The notes under the pieces: model-generated
Told to the model about the DNA's origin: nothing
The model's database searches: none
What the model saw: the letters and a program-made list of their open reading frames with translations, nothing else
Shown here: in pieces, positions 35,838 through 47,632 of the stretch
Layout: each line of letters starts with the position of its first letter
Position numbering within the stretch: the first letter of the stretch is position 1
Made by a program: the position numbers and the translations under genes
DNA from: Squalus acanthias
Taxonomy: Eukaryota
Reading direction: 5' to 3'
Assembly: GCA_030390025.1 (NCBI GenBank)
Contig: CM059432.1
Span: 96,164,001 to 96,228,000, forward strand
DNA: 64,000 nt

Positions 35838-37637
35838 TCAGAAGCCTGGGTTGTATGGGGCTGTTGCTACCTCCCCGTGCGAAATCATAAGAGACCGCAT
35901 GGCTCCTAACATTGATTCTATCGCATCGGGATGGATAGGCACACCAGCTCCTTTCTCAGAGACAGGCGCTTGGGTTCGGACTGCGGGAGCTCTGTCCCTG
36001 GGGTCCTTCCAGGGATTCCTGCAGTTTTTACGCCAGTGACCTGTCTTCCCGCACCCGTAACAAACACCACTGGTTTGGGGGGCGCGATTTCCCTCCTGAT
36101 GCCACTCTTTCTGAGCCGGAGCTGCGGGCTTTGCCTCATGCACCTTTCCCTTAAGGGGACGCGCTCCCATGCTCCTAGTGTTCCGATACCCTATGGTGAG
36201 TCGATTTAGGACAGACTCCTCTGTTGTGGCGGGGTTAGTGGGATCAAACCACGCTCTGGCCTGCTCCCTGACGGCTGGCAAGCTGTTGGCTACTAAACAC
36301 CTGAGCCAATGAGCTTTCCCGGCGCCGTTCAGAAAGTTGCGCGCTGGCGCACCTGGGCAGCTACGCTGGTATACTGGCCACAGCCTGTGGGCGAAAACCT
36401 TCGGGGGTTCCCCCTCCATCTGTATGGTTTGACTCAATCTGACGAACTTACCTTCGTCATCCGCCCCTAACACTTCTAGGACCTCGTCCCTTAACTCCTC
36501 ATAGGTTTTATTTCCCCTCTTGCTCTCGTCTGAGAGACACTGAAGGATCAAGCTATCTAATGAGAACAGCAACATTTTGGTCTTTTCCACATCGTCGCAG
36601 CCATTAATTGCTGCGGTCTGTTCTACCTCCCTAAAGTGTACGGAAGGGTCGTCTGATTCGGACAGCTTCCGTACATGGCTAATCATTGCTCTCAGCTGGT
36701 GTGAGCTGTGAGGCAATACAAGCTGGTCCAGGACATCCCCGTCCTCCCCATTTTCCCCATTCGGGCCTCTCTTGTGACCTCGGAGCGGACACATCGGTCC
36801 CGGGCTCGACTCTACCTCCAGGGATTGTCCTACCTCGGGGACCTCCTTTTCTATTTCCACCACTTCCTCCCTTTCCCAGGTTGCCGAATAGCTGGGTGAT
36901 GCGGAGGGCACAGTGGCAAATACCTCCTCTGCTTTGTCTGGTAGGGATTTTGGGAATTCCCTACCCACCTGTGGCTGGTTTGCTGACGGGCTGATGAGGC
37001 ACACCATGCCGTTTGCCGTATTCATGGCCTCTCTTAGGTTCCCTAACTCCTTCTGGCAAACACTGTCATCGGCTCCCTCATGCCTATCCTCGAGGGCCAT
37101 CTTATATGCCGCCCTAACTCCCTTCAAGCTTTCTTCCAGGGCTTTTATCTGGGTAGCTAGGCGGGCACACCGTTCTCTAATCCTACCCTCGTTTAATTTC
37201 GCTTCCGTGACCTGACACTCTAGGTAATCAATTTTAGCCTCGTGGTGGTTGGCTACTATCTGGCGTTCCTGATGTAACGCATTCAAGGATGCAATGAGTT
37301 TCTGTCCCCCCGTGACCTTTAGCTCCATCTCAACTTCCAATTCCCTGATCTGAGCTGCCTGTGCTACAATGACCTGGTCCGAAAGTTGGACTTGCTTCTT
37401 GTAGCACATCAGCCAGACCACTTTCTCCACCGACTTCTTATGCTCTTTACTGCCTGTCCATTTGATGGCTGCGTCTAGCGGACGCTTATCCATCAGTAGG
37501 TCACTTATCCACCTTTTGGTTAAGTTAACCTTCCCAATCACATAGTCGGCTACCCTCTCATCCATCACATTTCGCCGATTCACACCAGGGTCTAAAACAT
37601 TACTCTCTCGCTGCCAGTGTCCTGCCGCGGTCGCCAT
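35838..37637 (-). CDS. gag: Gag polyprotein (coiled coil, capsid-like region, one CCHC knuckle); probable start at 37565
   Basis: 599 open codons; CYGCGKTGHWRKNC at 36021-36062; LSQTIQMEGEPPKVFAHRL is an MHR-like motif. Confidence 0.9.
   Translation of the reverse strand: MATAAGHWQRESNVLDPGVNRRNVMDERVADYVIGKVNLTKRWISDLLMDKRPLDAAIKWTGSKEHKKSVEKVVWLMCYKKQVQLSDQVIVAQAAQIRELEVEMELKVTGGQKLIASLNALHQERQIVANHHEAKIDYLECQVTEAKLNEGRIRERCARLATQIKALEESLKGVRAAYKMALEDRHEGADDSVCQKELGNLREAMNTANGMVCLISPSANQPQVGREFPKSLPDKAEEVFATVPSASPSYSATWEREEVVEIEKEVPEVGQSLEVESSPGPMCPLRGHKRGPNGENGEDGDVLDQLVLPHSSHQLRAMISHVRKLSESDDPSVHFREVEQTAAINGCDDVEKTKMLLFSLDSLILQCLSDESKRGNKTYEELRDEVLEVLGADDEGKFVRLSQTIQMEGEPPKVFAHRLWPVYQRSCPGAPARNFLNGAGKAHWLRCLVANSLPAVREQARAWFDPTNPATTEESVLNRLTIGYRNTRSMGARPLKGKVHEAKPAAPAQKEWHQEGNRAPQTSGVCYGCGKTGHWRKNCRNPWKDPRDRAPAVRTQAPVSEKGAGVPIHPDAIESMLGAMRSLMISHGEVATAPYNPGF
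37619..37636 (-). promoter_or_regulatory. Primer-binding site complementary to tRNA-Arg
   Basis: TGGCGACCGCGGCAGGAC matches the 3' 18 nt (GTCCTGCCGCGGTCG+CCA) of vertebrate tRNA-Arg(TCG) as I recall it; 5 nt from the LTR. Confidence 0.85.
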
Positions 37638-37641
37638 TATC

Positions 37642-39317
37642 TGTAAGGTGTTCTGTGTCGTGCTTGTATCGCAGACGGTGCTGGTGCGGGGTTAGGCCTT
37701 CGTTGCCTAATACTATTGCTTGCTCTGGTCTCCGGCCAGCCTTGTTGCAATAAGCACCTGTGAGTGGTTCGACCCACTCGCCCTTACGGTTCTAACACTG
37801 GACTTAGGTGCGAGAGCAGTAATGCAGAGAAAAACTCAAATAGACCCAGTTGAATAGTACGAAATGGAAATCTTTATTGCATAGCATCTAAAATCATGAA
37901 GTACATGTCATAGGCACAAATTAACGATAGTACAAGTATACATACATTCATAAAGCTTGGTCTATGGTAATGAAGAACGCACGGCACATCGTAAAAAGGG
38001 GAACACATTATACTTTATCCTTAATAAAACCACCCTCCCCTATCAATACCTACACTACATCTAGATTTGTAGGATCGGGAAACATGCTCACCACTTGTGA
38101 TACTTCGAAGAATTTTAAAGTGAGGCGCTCGGCTCGTTTCGCTGCAGCGCCTGACTGTCACGTGTTTTGAGGGGTCTCTGTACCCCACTTGTTTACTTTT
38201 GCTGCTGCTGCAAGCAGGCTGGGCTCCCCATTGCCATGAAGAACTCGACAGTGCTCAGGCCCGGTTCGAAGAAGAGTCTTCCTGTGTCCGACACCGGTTG
38301 CCGGTAGAATTCAAAGAAGAGTCTTTGACCAGTTCGTGCAGTAACCTGTAGAGTTCAAAAATGGTCTATATATTTTCGGGCGCGGTCGGGGTTTACTGAC
38401 CGCGGCGGCACGTGCATTCTTCTTCTTCTCTTCTCATCTCGTCTCGTCTCGTCTCTTCGGGCCTTCGGGTCCAGAACACCGTTTACCGACGCTCGGGATG
38501 GTGCACCCGGTTACCGGCCTTTGTCGAGGCGGCTCGTTCCGTTCGAGCTCCACCCAACATTCGAATAACCGTCCAGTGCGGCTAAAAGTCCAGAGTCAAC
38601 AGTCCAGAGAAACAAGAGCACGAATCAAGCGAATAAGAATCGAATCAAGGGAATAAGAGAATAAGAGCCGAATCAAGCGCGCGATGGACATTTGTTGTCT
38701 ATAGTTATAGTGCTGTGTTCCCTTATCTCCCGCTCAAATCTTAATGTTTGTCCTTTGTGAAATATTGGCGCTCAAAACTCCCAGCATGGGGTGATTCTTG
38801 TCTTTAACGGGTTTCGGTAGCACCTGAGACTGGTCAACTACCCGTTAATGTTTTCCCCATTGTTGAACCGGCTCGGAGCCTCCCTGGCTGGGTTTTGGGG
38901 GCCCCCGAATACTTGTTTAATCACCCGAGAATGGCTCTCTCATTGTAGAGCCGTTGGGGTATTTGCGTATTGATGTGTCTGGATGGGCCTTCGATTGCCC
39001 AGTACAATGGTCCTTACTTGTGCATGGAAAACGATTCCAGCACTCATATCTTATGCTATTGTTTCGAATGCAAACATGTTGCATCCTATCTTTATCAATG
39101 TCTGCTGAGTATTATCCAATCTTATACTGAAATGTTTATTCGAACGCCATCTTGTCTGCCCACTGAAAATTCTGGAAGCTTCTGTCACGATGCGTGGCGG
39201 CCATTTTACAGGCTTCTGTGTCCTTTTTAATCATGACAGCATTTCGTTTAAATAAACTGATTAAACGAATCTGTTTCTCTCTCGTTATTTTGAATCGCGA
39301 TAATTGCGAATTTTACA
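37642..39317 (-). repeat. 5' LTR (1676 bp)
   Basis: Direct repeat of 30062-31737, adjacent to the PBS. Confidence 0.97.
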
Positions 39318-39903
39318 AGGTGTTCTCCACTTGCAACAACACTCTCTGTTACCTTATAACCTTAAAAGAAGTTAATAAAACTGGTGGAGTTGCAGAAAGT
39401 AGCAGAGCCAGTCAAACTGCATAACCATCTCAGGTGCAACTGATTGCTGATGATCCCTTTAAATTTCACTGCTGAAGCCTCCTTCCTGCTGTTGAACGCT
39501 TGCTCTGCCCATTGTTGTTTAGGCATGCTGGTAAGTTGAACGGTGAAAACCAATGGTGCAGATTGGGCATCAAGTGAGCGTATCACACTCACTGATGTTA
39601 CAATCTGGTTAACTTCAATTCCTCCAGCGATCGCGTTTATCGGCAGCGCAACTGGCCCTCGCAAAATGGCGGCCGCCGCGGGACCTGCTGGCGGAAGAGC
39701 ACCGGCTGCTGTTTAACGCCATTTCATGCAGGTAATGGGTGGCGTTAAACATCCAAATTTTTTGCCCAGAATCTATTTGGGTAGAGTTAAGGAGCAGAAG
39801 AGGAGCTGTTACGCTCCTGGGTGTGTACTATAGACCATCAAATAGTGGGAAGGAGATGGAGGAGTAAATTTGCAAGCAAATTTCACAGAGATGTAAAAAC
39901 AAT

Positions 39904-40663
39904 GGCCCAGAAATTGGAGTTCGATGGTTGCCGCGGGGGTAAGGATCCCCCGTGATATCGCACTCCGCGTCTACCTTTATGGTTTTGGCCCACACGAACT
40001 TCTGGTCCTGGGCCTCTCCCTGGTGCCGGCGCGCAGTGTGTGCGTGTCCCAGAGGCGCAGTTAATTCGATGCGACCTCTGGGATCACGTGGGCCAGTTAG
40101 AGCCAATGGCAGCACATGTTCATTCATAGTTTTGACAGCAAGTGCTGTCAAAACTATGAATACAACAAGCCCCCAAAAGAACAGCTAAACATCAATTAAA
40201 TTTTTTAAAAAGCCATCACATTAATAAAATAAGTATAGTTAAATAAATTAACCACTTTAAACAAAAATTTTAATTTTTGAAAAAATTTAAATTCTTTTTA
40301 AAAGTTATAAAAATAAACTTACCTTTCTTTAAAGTCTCTAAAAAAGATAAACCTGTTGAAAAAAATTAAAATAATACTTAATTAACTACTTACCTTGTTA
40401 AAAGGGGGTCTTACGCCTGCTTTCTTTATGTGTAAAATCTTAAACACTTACCTGCGCGTTCAAACCTGAAAATAAAACTAAGTGCGCTGCGTGCGCACAA
40501 CCTGTAGCGCGCACGCGGTTCACTTAGGAACCGCCCCCTTCGCAATACCCGAAGTGCCGGTTTCCCGCGCATGCGCAGTGCATGCAGGAAACCGGCACTT
40601 CGGGATCTAATACGCGAGAGTACACAGTGCGTACTCTCCCGCATTAGGTCTAATTTTCGGGCC
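39904..40663. mobile_element. Harbinger-type MITE, copy 2 (inverted relative to 13457-14217)
   Basis: GGCCCAGAAATT start, AATTTTCGGGCC end; body is the reverse complement of copy 1. Confidence 0.9.
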
Positions 40664-40759
40664 TATAGAGTAGTGATAATGGGGGACTTCAATTACCTAA
40701 TACAGACTGGGACAAATACAGTGTAAGCGGCAAGGATGGGAAGAAATTGAAGTAAATGG

Positions 40760-41858
40760 GAATCAGGGGGAAAACTCTCTACTGGCTGGAGCCATACCTA
40801 GCCCAAAGGAAGATGGTTGTGGTTGTTGCAGGACAACAGCATACCAGCACGAAGTGGGACACCCTCTCCGCCGAGTACTGGAGGGCTCCTCTCATGTCAT
40901 CTCAGCCCGAGGACGTCGCTGCAGGAATTCCTTAGGGCAGTGTCCTCAGCTCAAACATCTTCAGCTGCTTCATCAATGACCTTCCCTCCATCATAAGGTC
41001 AGAAGTGGGGCTGTTCGCTGATGATTGCACAGTGTTCAGTTCCATTCGCAACTCCTCAGATAATGAAGTGGTCCGTGCCTGCATGCAGCAAGACTTGGAC
41101 AACATTCAGACAATGACTATCTCCAATAAGAGAGAGTCTAACCATGGCCCCTTGACATTCAACGGCATTACTATCGACGAATCCCTCAACATCAACACAC
41201 TGGGGGTCACCATTGGCCAAAAACTTAACTGGACCAGCCACATAAATACTGTAGCTACAAGAGCAGGTCAGAGGCTGGGTATTCTGCAATGAGCGTCTCA
41301 CCTTCTGACTCCCCAAAGCCTTTTCACCATCTACAAGGCACAAGTCAGGAGTGTGATGGAATACTCTCCACTTGCATGGATGAGTGCAGCTCCAACATCA
41401 CTCAAGAAACTCAACACCATCCAGGACAAAGCAGCCTACTTGATTAGCACCCCATCCACCACCTTAAACATTCACTCCCTCCGTGGCTGCAGTGTGTACC
41501 ATCTACAAGATGCACTGCAACAACTCTCCAAGGCTTCTTCGACAGCACCTCCCAAATCTGCAACCTCTTCCACCTAGAAGGACAAGGGCAGCAGGCTCAT
41601 GGGAACACCATCACCTCAAGTTCCCCTCCAAGTAACACACCATCCTAACTTGGAAATATATCGCCGCTCCTTTGTCGTCGCTGAGTCAAAATCCTGGAAG
41701 TCCTTCCCAAACAGCATTGTGGGAGTACCTTCACCACACGGACTGCAGCAGTTCAAGAAGGCGGCTCACCACCACCTCCTCAAGGGCAATTAGGGATGGG
41801 CAATAAATGCTGGCCTTGCCAGCGACCCCCACATCCCAGGATCCAATAAAAAAAAAGA
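40760..41858 (+). mobile_element. LINE family B, 5'-truncated
   Basis: GLFADDCTVF, MEYSPLAWMSAA; same 3' tail and A run as 25616-26587. Confidence 0.85.
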
Positions 41859-43173
41859 GATTGTTCAGGTACAAACTAGGCAGAATTCTATGAGGGGGAA
41901 AGGAAGGGCATCCAAAGCTGGAGCTCCCTAAAGACATTGAGATTAAAATGAAACAGAAAAAGGAGGTTTATGATAAATAAAATGATAGAAAACCAAACTG
42001 AATATAGAAAGTGTAGAGGAGAACTGAAAAAAGAAATTAGAGCGGCAAAGAGAATATATGGGAATATATTAGTGGGTAACATAAAAGGGAAACCTGAAAT
42101 ATTTTATCAACATATAAAGAGTAAAAGGATAGTCAAAGGAAAGGTGGGACTGATTAAGGAACCTAAAAGGAAATCTTCTTGTGCAGGCAGAGGGCACGGC
42201 TGAGGTACTTAATGAATTCTTTGCATCTGTCTTTACTAAAGAAAAGGATGCTGCCAATGTTACAGTAAAGGAGGAGAGATGTGGAGAAAATAGACAGGAT
42301 AAAAATAGGTAAAGAGGATGTACTAAAATAGTTGGCAGTGCTCGAAGTAGTAACGTCACCCGGTTGGGTTGGAATGCATCCCAGGTTGCTGAGGGAAGTA
42401 AGGGTAGAAATAGCAGAAGTTTTGGCCACAATCTTTCAATCCTCCTTGGATACGGGAGTGATGCCAGAGGACTGGAGCATTGCAAATATGACACCCTTGT
42501 TCAAAAAAATGGAGAGAGATAAACCAGGTAATTACCATCCAGTCAGCCTAATGTCAGTGGTTGGGAAACTTCTAGAGACCATAATCAGGGGCAAAATTAA
42601 TTGTCACTTGGAAGAACATGGGTTAATAAATGACAACCAACACGGATTTGTTCAATGAAATCATGTCTGACTAATTTTATTGAGTTCTTCGATGAAATAA
42701 CAAAGAGGGTTGATGAAGGTAGTGCTGTTAATATTGTGTATATGGACTTTCAAAAGATGTTTGATACTGTGCATAGTAGAAGTGTTAGCAAAATTGAGCC
42801 CATGGGATTAAAGGGGCACTGGCACCATGGATACGAAATTGGCTAAGCAACAGAAAGCAGAGAGTGATGGTGAACGATTGTTTTTCGGACTGGAGAGAAG
42901 TATACAGTGGTGTCCCCCAGGGGTCAGTATTAGGAGCACTGCTCTTTTTGATATATGTTAATGACCTGTAGTTGGCTATAGGGGGCATAATTTCAAAGTT
43001 TGCAGATGACACAAAGCTTGGAAATGCAGTAAACAGTGAAGAGGATAGTAGCAGACTCCAGGAGTATATAGACTGGTGAAATGGACAGACACACGGCAGA
43101 CTAAATTTAATGCGAGAAGTGTGGAGTGATGTAATTTGGACGGAACAATGAGGCGAGGCAATATAAACTAAAT

Positions 43174-43825
43174 GGGCTGGATTTTCATTGACCCATGGAG
43201 GTGGGTTTGGAGGCGTGTGGGGGGTTAAAATTGCGAAAACTGGCGGGCGGGCACAAGCCCGCTTCCATCCTGCCTCCATGCAATTTTCATTAAGTCGTGT
43301 CCGCTGGTCCCGACTCCGTCCCGCCTCTAAGAGGCGGGATAGGCTGTTAAGGCCCTTAACAAGCACTAAATTGCCTCTATAATGCCATTTTGATTTTAAC
43401 CCTTTTTCTACGTGAAGCACGCCTGTTCTGAACCACGAATGTGAAACCTGGCGGGAGCACATTTGGATAGCTGACGCTGGCTGGCTGGCTGTGGGGATGC
43501 ATATATGAATGTCTATGTGGATGGATGCATGTATGGGAGTGGTGGTGTAAAAATATCTGGGAGCAGACTTAGGGCTGCTGCTGCTCATTTTGCATTCAGG
43601 TCCTCTCACAGCAAAGGCCAGGCAGTCTCTGAAGACCTTCAATGCAGCAGCAATGATGACATCATCAGAGGCGACTTTCAGACTGAAAACACTAATTGGT
43701 TCATGGGTTCCCACATGCTGGAACTCAATTGCCCAATTAGGTGAAAATTGCATCAATCTCCCACATCCAATTGCAGTCGAGTGGATAACACGACCCCAAT
43801 CCGCCCCAGTATCAAAATCCAGCCC
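43174..43825. mobile_element. Non-autonomous Harbinger (short relative of 53559-56785)
   Basis: TIR GGGCTGGATTTT / AAAATCCAGCCC, TSD AAT. Confidence 0.85.
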
Positions 43826-44900
43826 AATGGTACAATTTTAAAGGGGGTGCAGGACAGAGGGACCTATGGGCTTCACATACACAAATCCTTTAATCATTTT
43901 TAACATCTCAATTAGATCGCTGCTTAATCTTCTATACTCAAGGGAATACAAGCCTAGTCTATGCAACCTGTTCTCATAATTTAATCCATTTAGCCTCGGT
44001 ATCATTCTGGTGAATCTGCGCTGCACCCCCTCCAAGACCAATATATTCTTCCTGAGGTGTGGTGCCCAGAACTGAACGTAGTACTCCAGATGGGGTCTAA
44101 CCAGAGCTCTGTACAGCTGTAACATAACTTTCACCCCTTTGTATTCCAGCCCTCTTGAGGTAAAGGCCGATATTCTATTTGCCTTTTAAATTATTTTTTG
44201 TACCTGTCCACTAGCTTTTAGTGATTTCTGTACTTGGACCCTTAAATCTCTCTGCTCCTCCACCAATTCCTAGTTTCTCACCATTTAGAAAATACTCTGA
44301 CCTATGTTTCTTAAGTTCAAGGTAGATGATCTCACATTTTCCCATATTAAACTCCTTCTGCCACAGTTTTGTCCACTCACCTAATCGATCAATGCCATTT
44401 TGCAACTTTCTCCTCCCATCTACATGATTTACTCTTTCACTTAAAAAGCATATAGGATCCTTGGCTTTATAAATAGAGGCATAGAGTAGAAAAGCAAGAA
44501 GGTTATGCTAAACTGTGTACAGTTTTGGTCTCCTTACCTAAGGAAGGATATACTTGCCTTAGAGGGAGTGCAACGAAGGTTCACTAGATTGATTTCTGGG
44601 ATAAGGGGATTGTCCTATGAGGACAGATTGAGTAGACTAAGCCTATATTCCCTAGAGTTTAGAAGAATGAGAGGTAATCTCATTGAAACATATAAAATTC
44701 TTAAGGGGATTTACAGGGTAGATGCTAGGAGGATGTTTCCCTGGCTGGGGAGTCTAGAGCTAGGGGTCACAGTCTCAGAATAAGGGGTTGGCCATTTAGG
44801 ACAGAGATGAGGAGAAATTTCTTCATTCAAAGCTTTGTGAATCTTTGGAATTCTCTACCCCAGAGGGCTGTGGATGCTCAGTTGTTGAGTATATTCAAGA

Positions 44901-45870
44901 TGCGGAGATGCCGGTGTTGGACTGGGGTGGACAAAAATGAGAAGTCACACAACACCAGGTTATAGTTCAACAGATTTATTTAAAATTACAAGCTTTCGGA
45001 GCTGTCGCCCCTTCGTCAGGTAAAGGTGCAATGAAGGAATCTACAATATTACACAATATATAAACACAGAAACTGCAGAGATACAATCTTTCAGGGAAGC
45101 ATTACTTCAAAGACACACCAGAGCACAGCCAAGACAATGAGATGGATCACAGGGGGTCCAACGTGTCAAATCCTGCTGTCTGCAGTTGAGCTTTTAACTT
45201 TTTTTTTTAAACTGGAAAGACAGACAACGATGTCGAGTCACGTTCTGTAGCGTGACATGAACCCGATATCCCTATTGAGGCTGTCCTCATGGGTGCGGAA
45301 CTTGGCTATCAGTTTCTGCTCGATGATTTTGCGTTGTCGTGTGTCTCAAAGGCCGCCTTGGAGAACGCTAACCTGCAGATCCGAGGCTGAATGTCCTTGA
45401 CTGCTGAAGTGTTCCCCGACTGGGAGGTAACAATCCTGCCTGGCGATTGTTGCGCGGTGTCCGTTCATGCATTGTCTCAGTGTCTGCATGGTCTCGCCGA
45501 TATACCATGCTCTGGGGCATCCTTTCCTGCAACGTATCAGGTAGACAACGTTGGCCGAGTCACATGAGTATGTACCATGTACCTGGTGGGTAGTGTCCTC
45601 ACGTGTGATGACGGTATCTGTGTTGATGATCTGGCATGTCTTGCAGAGGTTGCCGTGGCAGGGTTGTGTGGTGTCGTGGTCGCTGTTCTCCTGACAGCTA
45701 GGTAATTTGCTGCGACCGATGGTACTTTTGAGGTTAGGCGGCTGCGTGAAGGCGAGTAGTGGAGGCGTGGGGATGGCCTTAGCAAGGTGTTCGTCGTCAT
45801 CGATGACATGTTGAAGGCTGCGAAGAACATGGCGTAGTTTCTCCGTTCCGGGGAAGTACTGGAAGTACTG
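44901..45870 (-). mobile_element. Penelope family 2, 5'-truncated (GIY-YIG region)
   Basis: 14-bp TSD GAGTATATTCAAGA; NVVYLIRC...WYIGET; homologous to 59420-60020. Confidence 0.9.
44987..45022 (-). ncRNA. Minimal hammerhead ribozyme, intact core
   Basis: Minus strand TAC-CTGACGA-AGGGGCgacaGCTCC-GAAA-GCTT-GTA. Confidence 0.8.
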
Positions 45871-46217
45871 GAGTATATTCAAGACAGAGATCGATAGATT
45901 TTTGGATACTAAGGGAATCAAGGGATATGGGGATAGTGCAGGGAAGGTGGAGTTGAGGTAGAAGATCAGCCATGATCTTATTGAATGGCGGAGCAGGCTC
46001 GGAGGGCCGAATGGCCTACTCCTGCTTCTATTTCTGACGTTCTTATGTTAAATCTTTATAAATCACTGGTTAGAATTCAGCTAGAGTATTGTGTCCAATT
46101 CTGGGCATGACACTTTAGAAAGGATGTCAAGGCCTTGGTGAGGGTCCAGAGGAGATTTGCTCGACTGGTACCAGGGATGAGGGGTTTCAGTTCTCCGGAG
46201 TGACTAGAGAAGCTGGG

Positions 46218-47160
46218 ATAAAAACAGAAAATGCTGGAAATACTCAGCAGGTCAGGCAGCATCTATGGAGAGAGAAACAGAGTTAACGTTTCAGGTCAAT
46301 AACCTTTCATCAGAACTGAATAAAGTTAGATATGTAACAGTTTTTAAGCAAGTACAGAGGCAGGGAAAGTGGGGAGGGAAGGAGAAAATGAAAGGGAAAG
46401 TCTTTGAGAAGGTGGGAAGCAGAGTGATTAAATGACAAAATCATTACCAGTACCTGTTGTCCAGAAAATGGGAGCAACGGTTATTGTCTGAAATTGTTGA
46501 ACTCAATGTTGATTCCGGAAGGCTGTAAAGTGTCTCATCAAAAGATGAGGTGCTGCTCGTCGAGCTTCTGTTGAGCTTCATTAGAACAGTGTAGGAGGCC
46601 GAGGACAGAGAAGTCAGAGTGGGAGCAGGACGGCTAATTAAAATAGCAAGCGACCGGAAGCTCACGGTCACACATGTGGACTGAACGGAGGTGTTCAGCA
46701 AAGAGATCACCCAATCTACATTTGGTCTCTCTAATGTAGAGGAGACTGCATCGTGAGCAGCGATTATAGTGTACCAATTTGAAAGAAGTACAAGTAAATC
46801 GCTGTATCACCTGGGAGGAGTGTTTGGGGCTCTTGACAGTGGGAAGGAAGGAGATGAAAGGGCAGGTGTTGCATCTGCTGCGTTTGCATGGGAAGGTGCT
46901 GTGGGAAGGGAGCGGGGATGACTGAAGAGTGGACCAGGGTGTCGTGGAGGGAACAGTCCCTTCGGAATGCTGAAAGTGGGGGGGGAGGGGAAGATGTGTT
47001 TGGTGGTGGTATTGCGCTGGAGGTAGCGGAAATGAAGGAGGATGTTCCATTGAATGTGATGGCTGGTGTGGTGGAAGGTGAGGACAAGGGGAATGCTATT
47101 GTGGTTCGGGGAGGGAGTGGAAGGGGCGAGGGCAGAAGTGTGGGAAATGGGACAGACTCT
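46218..47160 (-). mobile_element. Penelope family 1, 5'-truncated, degenerate
   Basis: CSRCSLLYIRETKCRLGDLFAEHLRSV; 3' UTR homologous to 9820-10170. Confidence 0.85.
46281..46317 (-). ncRNA. Minimal hammerhead ribozyme, intact core
   Basis: Minus strand AGTT-CTGATGA-AAGGTtattgACCT-GAAA-CGTT-AACT. Confidence 0.8.
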
Positions 47161-47339
47161 GCTAGTTGTTATGGTCTGGAAAGCAATGCCTGAAAGGGTG
47201 GCGGAAGCAGATTTAATAATAACTTTCAAAAGGGAATTGGATCTCTACTTAAAAAAGAAAAATTTACAGGGCTTTGGAGAAAAAGCAGAGATGTGGAATT
47301 AATTGGTAGCTCTTTCAGAGAGCTGGCACAGACACCATG

Positions 47340-47632
47340 TGCTTCTTCAATTCTGGTCACTTGCGCATCTCCGATGTTAATCGCTCCACTATTGGTGGCC
47401 GTGCCTTCTGCTGTCCAGGCCCTAAGCTCTGGAATTCCTTCCCTAAACCTCTACCTGTCTCGCCTCCTTTAAGAAGCTCCATAAAACCTACCTCTTTGAC
47501 CAAGCTTTTGGTCACCTGTCCTAATACCTTTTTATGTGGCTCAGTGTCAAATTTTGTTTGATAACGCTCCTGTGAAGTGCCTTGGAACGTTTACTATGTT
47601 AAAAGTGCTGTATAAATGCAAGTTGTTATTGT
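47340..47632 (+). mobile_element. L2-type LINE 3' end
   Basis: STIGGRAFCCPGPKLWNSFP; tail as at 6225. Confidence 0.8.

Larger units (their letters stand above)
30062..39317 (-). mobile_element. Endogenous retrovirus-like LTR element, pol-less, gag-ORF2-env (lokiretrovirus-like)
   Basis: Paired LTRs TGTAA...TTACA, AGGT TSD (30058-30061 and 39318-39321), PBS, polypurine tract, gag and env ORFs. Confidence 0.95.
25188..39767. mobile_element. Complete Harbinger transposon carrying three later insertions (LINE B, CR1, LTR element)
   Basis: TIRs GGGCTAGAAATTGGAT / ATCCAAATTTTTTGCCC, AGA on both sides; Myb gene on +, transposase on -. Confidence 0.8.
41860..47335 (+). mobile_element. Degenerate CR1 split by a MITE, an antisense CR1 (~43890-44440), a sense CR1 (~44510-46045) and two Penelope copies
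   Basis: Collinear CR1 ORF2 pieces resume after each insert. Confidence 0.8.
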
